The notes under the pieces are model-generated. The model searched no databases and had not been told where the DNA came from. It saw only the letters and a program-made list of their open reading frames with translations. This document shows, piece after piece, positions 38,314 through 49,155 of a DNA stretch of 64,000 nucleotides. Source of the stretch: Plasmodiophora brassicae. Lineage: Eukaryota. The position numbers and the translations under genes are program-made. Location of the stretch: NCBI GenBank assembly GCA_036867785.1, contig CP145421.1, forward strand, positions 682,001 to 746,000. Reading direction: 5' to 3'. Every line of letters begins with the position of its first letter. The stretch's first letter is position 1.

Positions 38314-40088
38314 CCCTTTACCGTTTTTGCGACACAATTGCGTCGCAAATTCGGGATTTCGATTTTCTGACATTCATTGCGCAGACTGGTGAGGTTATTC
38401 GCATCTGAAAATTTTACTGGGCGACCCGACCATGCATTTCTCCAAATAAACGAAATTATAACTTCCTATCAAAATTCCATGAAAAGTTATCGGACATTGA
38501 AAGTTAGTCACGATCGTGTCTAGGACTGGTCAAAAGCAGTCCCGCCAAATTCTGAGCGTACTGTAGGTCAAAGCACAATGGCCGGCGCAGCAGATGTCGG
38601 AGGGGATGCTGGCATACCCAGACGACAGTACAAGTGCTCGTATTGCAAGGCGCTCGGTCACAATCGCATGACATGTTCGTCGCGGAAGGGGTCAGGCGGA
38701 GGTCCTGCGGGAGATCCATCTCTGGCAGGCAGTGGCAGCGCACCAGCAGCTCCAGCTCCTAACCGTACACCTCTAGGAGGTAATAGGCAATGTTCAAGTC
38801 GCGACAGATTTGCTCACTGGTCCTTGATGTCGCAGATAACGCCCAAGATGTCGGTGAGGGTCATGCTGACGACGACATCGGAGTGGACCAAGTCGATAGA
38901 GGCGAAGTGCTTCACGTCTTTGCGCCAGAAACCGACTCTGACGGCTCAGAATCCAATCCAGATCCGTACGAGGCCCAGCCAGTCGAGGTTGACGCTTCCG
39001 ATGATGACGGCGCCGATGATAACGATGGATCTGGCGTTGTTCAATTGGACGGTCATGGGCATCGTATTCGCGTACACGTTGGTCTCTGCGATACTGGCGC
39101 TAGCTGGCGACCTTGTAGATGAACGTATACGGGTGGAATATCGAACATCCAGAGAGTATCTAGGACGGAACGTTCCTGCTAGATATTCCAGAGTTTCTGA
39201 GCCGTGCCACGTACGGGTCCGCCCCGCACGAAGTTCGAAGGCGTGGACACACTAAGTGAGCACGACGCCGTCCACTTGATCTTTGGGCAGTTCCTGGATA
39301 CGTCCATGCTGAATACGATTGTACGTTGTACGAACATCTATGCTGCACAGGTCAAGTACGTATATACCGCGATTGGCGACCGTTGACTACTGCAGGGACT
39401 GAGAGAGTGGCTCGCTGTTGTCCTGTGCATGGGTTTGACCTAAATAACAGGAACGTAATATGCACTCTAATGAGCGGACTGATCTTGAACGGCGACATTG
39501 TTGAGGTTTCGTTCGTTATCACCCTTTGCGGCGTGTCTATCGCGTCAACCACAGCGGAACTCGGCCGATATGAACGCGACTTCGCCTCCGTCACCTCGGC
39601 TCGGGCATCGGCATCGGATAATTCGTGAGCTTTGGCGACCACTTTCCGCTTGGCATAGCGTATGCACTTGTCGCACGCGAGAAACCCGGAGCTAACGCCT
39701 TTCCTAGCCGTTCTCGTCGAGGAACCCCGTGGGTGCTCGGAACTCGCCAACCGTGTGTGATCCAGGAATCCGGACGGCCTTGACGCGGCATACCGCCGCG
39801 CTCTCATGATCTGTGGCACCAGCTCCCGTTAAAGCTGTTCCATTTGGACAGCTACATATAAAGTTATGGCTTGCCCAAATTAGCGACGCGATCGTGTCGA
39901 AGCGACTTTCCGCATAATCTAACTTTTGTTATAATTGTCGTCTGGATGGGCTGAAACCATCTGTATGCTCCTCGCGTCGTGTTCTATTCGAATCTGTTGG
40001 TCGGACGTTTCTACATGCGATATTCAAAAAGGTATTGCAGTTTCTATATGCGACACGATTGCGTCGAAAACTCCGAAGCCATAAAGGG
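38314..40088 (+). mobile_element. piggyBac-like element, degenerate, with TTAA target-site duplication
   Basis: TTAA (38310-38313) CCCTTTA ... TAAAGGG TTAA (40089-40092). The flanks rejoin into the uninterrupted sequence seen inverted at 40435-40464. Subterminal gcgacac(a/g)attgcgtcg repeats; IFGQFLDTSMLNTIVRCTNIYAAQ..WRPLT resembles DDE_Tnp_1_7. Confidence 0.85.
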
Positions 40089-40452
40089 TTAATGCCACGG
40101 TAGCACCGATACAACGTTTGTCCGTGGCCATCCTCACCGACGGCAGTGTAAAATGGGTACTCATCCTCTTCCGGATCACTGCAGCAGCCCTTTCGAACAT
40201 GTTCCAGAACTTTTCGAAACTCAGCGTCACAATCGTCGAAAAGGGGCACGCCTGCGACTCAATGAATGATTCCGTCGTGGAGTTGCAGGCGTGCCCCTTC
40301 GACGATCGTGCACACACTGAGTTTCGAAAAGTTCTGGAACATGTTCGAACGGGCTGCTGCAGTGATCCGGAAGGGGATGAGTACCCATTTTACACTGCCG
40401 TCGGTGAGGATGGCCACGGACAAACGTTGTATCGGTGCTACCGTGGCATTAA
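40089..40452. repeat. Second copy of the Zisupton-like hairpin (about 170-bp arms)
   Basis: 40089-40260 mirrors about 40280-40452, with the same loop sequence as the 37716 hairpin. Confidence 0.92.
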
Positions 40453-41964
40453 CTCCTGCGAGGCCAACCACAACGTCCTGAAAAGGAAGTTCGGGACCAT
40501 GAACGCAGGTGTCGCATTGACGCACTGCTTGGTGCTGTGGCACATACTGCGCACAAACATTCGCGCAGGAGAATCCTTCGGAGACGGCTCTCCGGTTCTT
40601 AGGCATTTCCGACCTTGGCTTGTAAGTACCTGTTATTAGCGATTGCTGCGTTCTGAATCTGTTTCCAGGTCGACTTCATTAACATGTATGCGACCAAGGT
40701 ATGGGGAGAGCCACAGCTCCCTCAGTTTTCAACCGCGCTCGATTGGCAATGGGACGAGTTGCGTCCGTATTGCCAGATGTTGCACTTTGGATGGGGAATG
40801 CGACCCTGCACATGCGTAAATCCCGCATAGAACGTGCAAGTGCATGCGCATGCTCTTTAATACTTGACGTCTTATAGGGGCGACCCACACCCGCTTCTCT
40901 CCGACGACAAGCGGTTCTTAGCCAAGTGCCAGGGCTCCACAGTTCCCTATCTTCCTGTGCACACTGCCGAAGAGGCCCATATGTCCCGAAAGGTACTGGC
41001 CGACTACCGGTACGCAGATCGCGACCGCTCGACTGGAAAGGACTTCCAGGCGTTGGCGTCTCTGTAAAACCAGCTGACGTTGTCGCTATGGCAGCAGGTT
41101 AACCACAATCGTCAGTGTAGTGAGCAAGGCAATTCTTGGCATGATGAAGGATCGGACCAAGACGCGCACCCTAACGTTTTTCTCAAATTTGCTATTCATC
41201 TACGCAGGTTGTTGGTTGTCTGACTTCATGGGATAGCTAGCTAACACGGTAACCAGGTATGATGAGCAGTTCCAAGCCGCAGTTATCAACCGCGAGTCCC
41301 GACGGAAAGCATCTCCAGAGACTTCCCCCTGTTTGATGTTCTGCGCGGGCCGAATTGACGACGTCCTACAGTCGTAGAGCCGGACACATTGCGTACTGTT
41401 AACTGAATTAATTCTCCGCCGTTTGATCAGTACCGTGAATGCGAGACCGGCAGCGAAGAATATCGCGAAGCGGCTCACGGGGACTCTGCGTAAAATTGAA
41501 TCGTACGACGAGAGAGATCCACAGCATGTTCAGGTGCGTGCTGGTTGCGCAAGGTTATCATTGCATTTAGGGTGTCGTGCAATGCAGAATACGGCGGCCA
41601 GCTCCGATGGTTTTCACGATCTAGAAGTGCCCTCCTGAGGGCCAATATAGACCAGAACCGCTTCCAGAAGGTCAACATGGTCTAGGAGATCCTCCACGGG
41701 CCCCAGAGGTTCTTCCAGAACGTCCACGTGATCTGCAGGCGTCCGGGCAGCACAGTAACGTATGATTTTAGCCCACCATTTAACGAAAGCGGCGCTCTGG
41801 CTTGAATGCGTTTCTTCAGGTCGTACATATACCGGCAATTGCGTTCGACAGCTCCACGTGTCTGTGCTTTCTGCAGGTCGACCAGCTAGCTCAGATAAAC
41901 GATCTAGCGCGTCGTATTCGGAAAGGCGTTGCCACGCCCTTAAGTCAAGAATGGTTAATGATGA

Positions 41965-42112
41965 CGACGACCTTCTTTGTGGCAAGCAAGGCTGCAGTGG
42001 ATTACGAGGCCATCAATACGGACGAGTCTACATTTCTGACACGCAAACGACTCGTCCGTATCGATGGCCTCGTAGTCCACTGCAGCCTTGCTTGCCACAA
42101 AGAAGGTCGTCG
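41965..42112. repeat. Inverted repeat: 64-bp arms, 20-nt loop
   Basis: 41965-42028 mirrors 42049-42112 with two transition mismatches. Confidence 0.93.
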
Positions 42113-42686
42113 AGGCGGCCCGCGACGCTGAAAAGAAAAGTCATAAGCAGCTGTTACTCCTAAGCATTTTACTGGCAATACAAGATTGAAATCGATTGAG
42201 ATCTAGTACGTAGATTTCCTAATAGTACTGGTGCCGATCTCCCAGCGCATTATCGACATTGGGTGTCGCGCGTATTGAGGCTGAGGGTGGCTACTACACG
42301 CGCAAGCAGTATTATTTTGGTCGTTTGTACTCAAACATTTTGGCCGACGCGCTGCGCGGCGGCCGGTGAAGTTCATTCGAGCGGCAGTTGAGCGCCAGCC
42401 GGTTGGCCATCCGACCAACAGATTCCCCGACAGCGATTTCGAGCGCCAGCGCGGGGCCTCAGACTAAAAGCGAACCCGACCTCCAAAATTGCGCAACAAT
42501 GCCTGCGGGGCGCCAAAACAAGGTTTGCCACTATTCGACGGTAACACGGCTGCGACTAGCGAACATAGGGCATCTCTGTGTTCAAAAGTGCCGACGATTC
42601 CTACAGTTCCTACAACTTTCTTTCCCTCTCTTCTTCTGGGACTTTTAGTCTCCTCGAGAACCACAGGAGGCTAAACGTTAGCCCTA

Positions 42687-43193
42687 CTATGATGAGGTTG
42701 CTTGTTCGGGCGTCGTCGTTGTCTGCTGACTCTTGACCGACATGAAGCGCCCGTTGACGCGTGGGCGTTTCTTGGCGTAGACCTGGCGCCGCTCGTACTT
42801 GGTAGGGATGGAGTCGCCGTTCAGGATCTTGATCTTCTTCTTCTTCCATCGGATGACCTTGCAGCGCTTCTCGATATCCTTGATGATGGTCCAGTTGAAA
42901 TACAAATTCTCGGTCGGGTCGCGCTGCATTGACGAGCCCCTCTTTCTTGGCGTGTCGACCGCAGTCAGCATCGGCTCTCCGAGAACAAGTTCGTTTGGTG
43001 TGGGTAGCGGCATGGGGTCTGACACGCCGTCGTCGTGCAGCAGGTACTGATCGACGCCGTCGTGCCTGTCCGCCTGACCGCCATACTGGCCCACGCGCGA
43101 TTCCAGGATCGCCTGGACGTCGGGATCTGCCGCAAAGAACGACGGGTTATCGTAGAATGGGTTATAGTCGGGGTCGGCCTGGAGCGGCAGCAT
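42687..43193 (-). CDS. Intronless CCT-motif protein, copy 2 (inverted relative to copy 1)
   Basis: Near-identical translation to 28035-28538 with a few substitutions. Confidence 0.75.
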   Translation of the reverse strand: MLPLQADPDYNPFYDNPSFFAADPDVQAILESRVGQYGGQADRHDGVDQYLLHDDGVSDPMPLPTPNELVLGEPMLTAVDTPRKRGSSMQRDPTENLYFNWTIIKDIEKRCKVIRWKKKKIKILNGDSIPTKYERRQVYAKKRPRVNGRFMSVKSQQTTTTPEQATSS

Positions 43194-43361
43194 CCCTCTC
43201 CTCACGCTCGATTGCGTTGCGACCGCAACCACTACTGGGAATAAGGCGCTAACGGGGTTCGGCCGAATATCTGACAATACAATGTATCGGCCGTTTAGCA
43301 TCGCGAGAAACTGCTTCGGGACGGCGCGGCTCGGTCCACGGAGTACGTATTTGCGATCGTT

Positions 43362-44248
43362 TCACATCAGGAAGGGGATGACGACCAAGACGGCGGTGAC
43401 CGCCCACGAGATTGCGGTGCGGGAGGCATCCGATTTGGCCGGGGACCCACCCGGGTTGCTTCCCGGACCGGGGGCGGGCGTAGGCGGAATGATGGCGCCG
43501 TTGATGCTTCGGACGTAATCGGTGCTGAACGCTGGGTCGCCGGCGATGCGGACGTCGAGGATGTGAACGGCGTCGGGCGTCTGGCACGACTTCCCGACGA
43601 CTTCGGCGAAGATGATCTGATCGAACAGGGTCGTGCTGTTGGCGAAGCCCGCGACTGGAACGGTCACCATGACGGTCGACGATCCGGGAAGGTCGAAATC
43701 GGTCGTGAAGACATCCCGCGGGACACCGGCGTTGTGGATCCGCAGCCCCAGCGTCACAGGCTCATCCGTCTGCAATGTGACGACGACTGATTGCACCAGG
43801 TTCAGGCGGTATTTCTTGCTGGTATCTGTTTTTCACTCATTAGGGCACCGTCCTGTGAAAGCTCTTACAGTATACGAACCGAAGAACGCGATTCCGTTGA
43901 ACGCACAGGCTGTCCAAAGCTGGAACAAATTCGCGATTAGAACGTTCGTGAACGAATTGACGATACAACTATTGACTGACGATCTCAGTGGTCAGCTGTT
44001 TGAAAGGGTTCGCACCCCATGGAGGAACCGTCCACGTGCCAGACTTGCGACCCTGATGATAGACGAGCACGGTTCCCACGGGCAACGGTGCCGCCGATGG
44101 CACAGGCGTCGCATCTGTGTCATTAACTGCCGCTGATGTCCTGGTCGGCACGCAGCATTTGTTAGACTCCAGCGCAGGACGACAGACGGCAAATGTACCC
44201 ATAGACGAGGACCGCCAGGACAACCGCAATCCATTCGCAGGCGCCCAT
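43362..44248 (-). CDS. Predicted secreted/GPI-anchored surface protein, multi-exon
   Basis: Signal-like MGACEWIAVVLAVLVYG; Pro/Gly-rich linker then a hydrophobic C-terminus (SDASRTAISWAVTAVLVVIPFLM). Confidence 0.55.
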
Positions 44249-44364
44249 CGTCGTCGAACGCTCCTTTGGTGTGCTGACCTGTACGCAGACTGGAATGGCA
44301 CGCGCCCGTTCGGCCGAAAACCAGAAAGGCATTCGGACGCGTGCCGCGTGCAATTGAGATTTCT

Positions 44365-47088
44365 TTAGCGTGTACTAATATTAGTTGACGGGACCAGACG
44401 ATCCGATTCAGAGATGGACACGACAGTGGACATTGATGATTCGTCATCCTCTTCGCTGTTGCTGATTTCGACGGTAACGGAGCTGCCTGGCCCATTGGTT
44501 TCCTCGAGACGTCGAATGGGGTCCCTCCAGAACTGGAAGTGGCTGAACGACGGGTGCACACGATGCTTGCACGTCGTTATAGGTGGAAACATGTGCTCCA
44601 CTTGCTCGTTCAGCAGAACGTACGACGTTCGGTGGATGCTGTTGCAGCGGTGGATCGCACCTTTCGGATCAATGATGAAGATCATCGCTGGCGGGACGCC
44701 AACAGCAGTATACGATTCAATATCAGTGTCCCGATTCCCAAAACCTGTACAGCTATTACCAATGTGACGTATCCGACATAGCATATCGGCCAACCTGCAA
44801 CGAAAGGGCATGTCCCTTTAGGGAACAAGTGTGCAATGTCGCGAAGCGCGGGGATCTTGAATTCTTGGGGACGCCTGTAAATGACTTCGCGTTTGAAGGA
44901 CGAAATCAGGGAATCAGGAGACATGATAACAGGGCCCTGGCGGAACCGGCGTCAAATGATGCGATCCGGCGGTGGTTATTGGATATGACCAATATTCACC
45001 TGGGGTAATGAAATGGCTCCTTGTCGAACAGAGTGCAGGTAGGCTCTCGTCACATTCGCCTGGCCTATTGCTCTCGATGTCAGGTACAGGAGATGATAGC
45101 CGTTCCCAGCGATATTTGAGAACAGAGACGTAACGCCATATTGGCTCCAGTCTTTGCCCATCAGTGGCATAATGTTGCCCAGGAGATCGGAACGCGTAAT
45201 GGTGCCGTCGACATCGGAAACGACAATGCGATCGGACTCTTTCCAGAGATAGATATAGGCTTCGACGATCTGGATGCCCTGAAGCGACGACACGACTGAA
45301 AACGAGATCACGTTTGCACCTGGATTGAGATCCAAACTGCAAAGCATATCCGACGTTGGACGTAACGTCTTTCGGTACATCGGGGACGTTTCCTCATCCA
45401 GCGACTCGGGAGGCGACAGAAGCCCTGACTCAGGAATCAAAACGGGAATGGCCGAAGTCGCAGACGGTTCGACAGTGGCAACAAGTGGCGGTGCTGGAGC
45501 CGGGGTTGGGATAGCTGCCGCAGCGGTAGCTGAGGAAGTGCTAGACCCACCGAACCAACGATACAGAAAGCTTGGACGCGATTGCTGCGCCTGTGGTGGT
45601 TGCGGCGGCTGGTCTTGCTGCTTCTGTTCTGGTTCAGGCTTGAGAACTGCTCTGGCGGCCATGGATAAACCAAGCCTTTCCAGGGAACCCGAGTCCAACG
45701 GTTTGCCAAATGCGAGCAGGGACATGATCAATGGAAGGGCAACCGGACCAGGATAGAGAATGTCGTTGTACCGGACGACGAGGTTCGGGTCATAGACCAC
45801 AGATGGATCGGCGCACAGTCGTTCGAACGTGACCAAATGATCCTGGAACACCGTCGCACTCAGTTGGGCATCTTTCTCGAACAAATGCCCACAAAGCGAT
45901 AGTTCGAACGACGCGGCAGAATCAGTTGAACCCGGTTTGACGTGCTCAAGGGATGCAGGAGGTGGAAACTGGCCCTGGTAAATGTTCGTCGAGGGATCAA
46001 CCTCCGTCGACTCGGGATGCAGATCGATCTTAAGGCGAAGGTGGCCGTTCGCAGTAACGAACACCCGGACATCGACCAGGTCTGGATCATGTTTAGGAAG
46101 AGATGCGGCCTCGATTCGCCGAAAGAGTCCGAAGAAGGACGACACCCAAGATAGTGAGCGCGTCAGAGAAGGTTTCTGAGTACCGTCTTCATGATTGCCC
46201 GATCCGAAACCACGGGGCACTTCAGCGACGATCATGTCGTCTCCGAAATCTTGGACCTGCGATATTCTCCTAACAGGCAGAGAACCCCAGCGCCAGCTCC
46301 ACCAGGTCCAGACCCGCTCACCATTAGCTGAATGCGGTGCCGCCGTTGGGATTGCGGATTCGGATATGGTCAGGGGCGGGGGCTCTTCGATACTCGACAT
46401 TGTGATTTCTTGATCAATGCTTTCGTCTGAGTCGTCGATGATGGCTTCATCACTCGCAGCCAACGCGTCGATTCTGTCCATTGCCAGGGCCCTCTCTGTG
46501 ACGTTGAAGAACGTGTCAACATTGGCGTCGACCTCGACGTCCTTGAAATGGTCTTCAACGGAATCGATTAAATCATTGAGGCAATCGACAACCGCCTGAC
46601 GAAACGCGTTCTCATGAGGAAGTGTTCTAAATCTTGAAGGCGACAATGACGGCGAATTGTACGGCGAGTGAATCGGCGACGTTGCCCATTCATCGTCGAT
46701 CGACTCATCACCGACCTCTTCAACAAAGAACGCCTCGCCTGCAGAGAGAGAGAGCACGTCAATGGCAGATCTTCCCTTGCGACCATCCATGCAGCAGACC
46801 TGCTCGACCCAACTTCATGCTGAACGGCGCCTTCTCGCCATTGACCATGATGGTCACGACCTTCTCCCTGCTCCGGAGTAGCTGAAGCTTCCCGAACCTA
46901 ACATGAAACGGCGTCGAATGCCTCGTCCCGTCATCGTGCTCGACAACGACAATATCAATGCATCCGGAAAGCGTTGCCTATCACACGGAACATGAGCATC
47001 GTGTGCCGCGATCGACGCGCCAGCGCACCTGGTTGAAATCGAGAGCCTCGGATAGCGTGCCGACGAACCCCTTCAGCAGTGACGTCAT
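44365..47088 (-). CDS. PAH1: Lipin / phosphatidate phosphatase, multi-exon
   Basis: N-LIP ([31 protein letters not shown]) and C-LIP ([31 protein letters not shown]). Confidence 0.95.
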
Positions 47089-47631
47089 GACGGTGTTGCT
47101 GGCCTGACGAGGGCAGCGCCGACCGGCTGGCCTCGCCGGATTTGGCGATGTGTTGCCTCTCGATTCGCCAAGGCACGGCAAAGGGAGCCAAGAAACTGCG
47201 TGACCGAACTGAATGGATGGCGAAGAACCTATTCCGCCCTCGTTTTAGATGCCCACATCCACGCCAGTCCAAGGATATTCATTGGGTCTGACAGGTTGCC
47301 CGGCTTCAACGACGGCATCGGAGACCTGTATGGTTGTCCGGATGCGGATCCGATTGCTGAGGACGATGCGCGAGGAGCGTCGTCATCTGGTCTGGACTCT
47401 GTCTAGGGCGCGTCTGTTTCACTGCCCGCTGGCGCTGTCTGTGTCCCTTGGGGGTTGTGGCGTCGCAAGGGGGTCCAAAAATGGCGACCCCCTGCCGTGC
47501 GAGACGTCACGTCATGCGCCGTACCTACCGGTATACCTTATCGACGGCAAGCGCGTTTTTGCCGTATGTGGGACACCGTTTGGTAAGTGGAGTCGGCAAA
47601 GCAACGGGGGCGCCCCGTCCGATCCGCCGCG

Positions 47632-48987
47632 ATGTCGTCGAAGTCGCCCTTGCGGGCGGTGCTGCGCTGGCCGAGGAGGGTGCTGGCCAGGGCGGCGTTA
47701 CTCGAGGCTGTACTCGCGTCGCTGATCGTTGCATCGTTGATCCTCGGGGCACTGCATCTTCGGCGGCCAGCGACGGGGGCGCCCGCTGTAAAGTTCGAGT
47801 ACTCGACAACCGAGACGCATGTGCGTACCTGGACCCGACCGGACCTCGTACCGAAGACGCCTTATCACGAATGGAAGTCGTCCGGCGTACGGCCATTGTT
47901 CCCGAGAGTCCTTGTCCTGACTCCCATGAAAGATTCCTCCAAAGACCTACAGCTATACTTCTCACTCTTCGGTACGTGCTCGCTTTGGCCCGCGCATGCT
48001 CGCGTCCTAACCATACATGTGTTCACAGACCGGATATCGTATCCGAAAGAACTGATGTCTCTTGGCATACTTGAGGGCGATAGTACAGACGACACGTACG
48101 ACCGCATCTTGTCCGTGCTCGAATCCATGTCGGTCGAAGGCGTTATGCGAAGAATAACTCTTATTCACAAGAACTTTAAGCTGGGCAACAAAAAGCTTGC
48201 AGGCGCCGAGCGGCATGGCTTCACTGTACAAGGTCGATGGCAACGGTTCGCATCGTGTCTTGGACCTTTTCCTGACGTCGCAATATCGTTTCAGGCCGGC
48301 GGCGTGCTGTTCAAGCAAAGGCCCGTAATCACCTAATGTCAATTGCGCTGCATGACGAGGACATCGTACTATGGCTTGATTCTGATCTCAAGCAGTACCC
48401 TTCGGACATCGTTCAGCGCATGCTGGCGACAGGCAAGCGCGTCGTTTCAGCAGACTGCATTCAAACATCTGGAATGTGTTACGATCGAAACAACTGGCGT
48501 GAAACACCAAAGTCGCTCGTCGTCAAGCAAAGCTTACCTGAACACGTTCTCATGTTCGAGGGATACCCTGACATCATGATGACCCATAGGGAGTCGTTGT
48601 GCGATATCAGTGAGCTTCGAGGACGTAGCCTACCTAAGTGGTCGTACTCATGTCTGGATTAACAGCTGAAGGCATCGACGAGAACGGGTTGGTCGAGTTA
48701 CAAGGCGTCGGCGGCACTGCGTTGATGATTGAGGCGGATCTGGTTCGCGAAGGACTTATATTTCCTACGTTTCCGTTTAGACATGCGATTGAGACCGAGG
48801 TGCCGTGTAATTCTGCCACTATCCGCCATCTCGCCTCTGAACCTCTTGTCAGGGTGTCGCCCAAGTCGCGAACGCCATGAACGTCAAGGTATACGGTATG
48901 ACAAATCTCAAGGTGACTGCCCAGTCAGATCAGTCGACCCGTTTCACTCTGAAACTGATCGAGAGATGCCGCACAGGTTTTCCATGA
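47632..48987 (+). CDS. Anp1/Mnn9-like glycosyltransferase (GT62-like), multi-exon
   Basis: TM anchor, VLVLTPMKD, ISYPKELMSLGILEGDSTD, VLWLDSDL, YDRNNW, LQGVGGTALMIEADLVREGLIFP, IETEG. The 3' end is approximate. Confidence 0.8.
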
Positions 48988-49155
48988 TTTGGATTAGAAC
49001 GCGCTATTTGTGAATAATACATTGCGACCTCCCCAACGGTAGTTGTCTACTTCAAATCGACGGCAGGAACGTCGTCACGAACCATTCATCAGCGAAGAGG
49101 CCGCACCAGCCTGGCTTAGGCGCGGTTTTGGTGCCGCCTGTTCGGCAATGCAACA

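Larger units (their letters stand above)
36410..41070 (+). mobile_element. Degenerate Zisupton-like DNA transposon (3'-5' exonuclease plus transposase fragments), rearranged and interrupted
   Basis: WRN/EXD-type exonuclease pieces (LKDFLESTSIVKVGKSIAIDKRHL; QVIYTALDAYAS), RVLQDI.HIMKRV (frameshifted), RVRRRNSPPGQL, GCCSDP..LYRCYRGINSCEANH, FLAKCQG..LPVHTAEE. The family call is from recall of these motifs. Confidence 0.6.

Noticed and set aside
27930-43304. Whole island as one giant transposon with CCT-containing TIRs
   Set aside because: No target-site duplication seen at the outer ends, the repeats are a protein-coding gene, and the interior holds housekeeping genes and unrelated TE families.
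27545-43360. Hairpins as amplification or assembly chimeras
   Set aside because: Arms differ by substitutions and indels to varying degrees, and one arm carries a transposon with an exact TTAA duplication. Fresh chimeras would have identical arms. Not fully excluded without reads.
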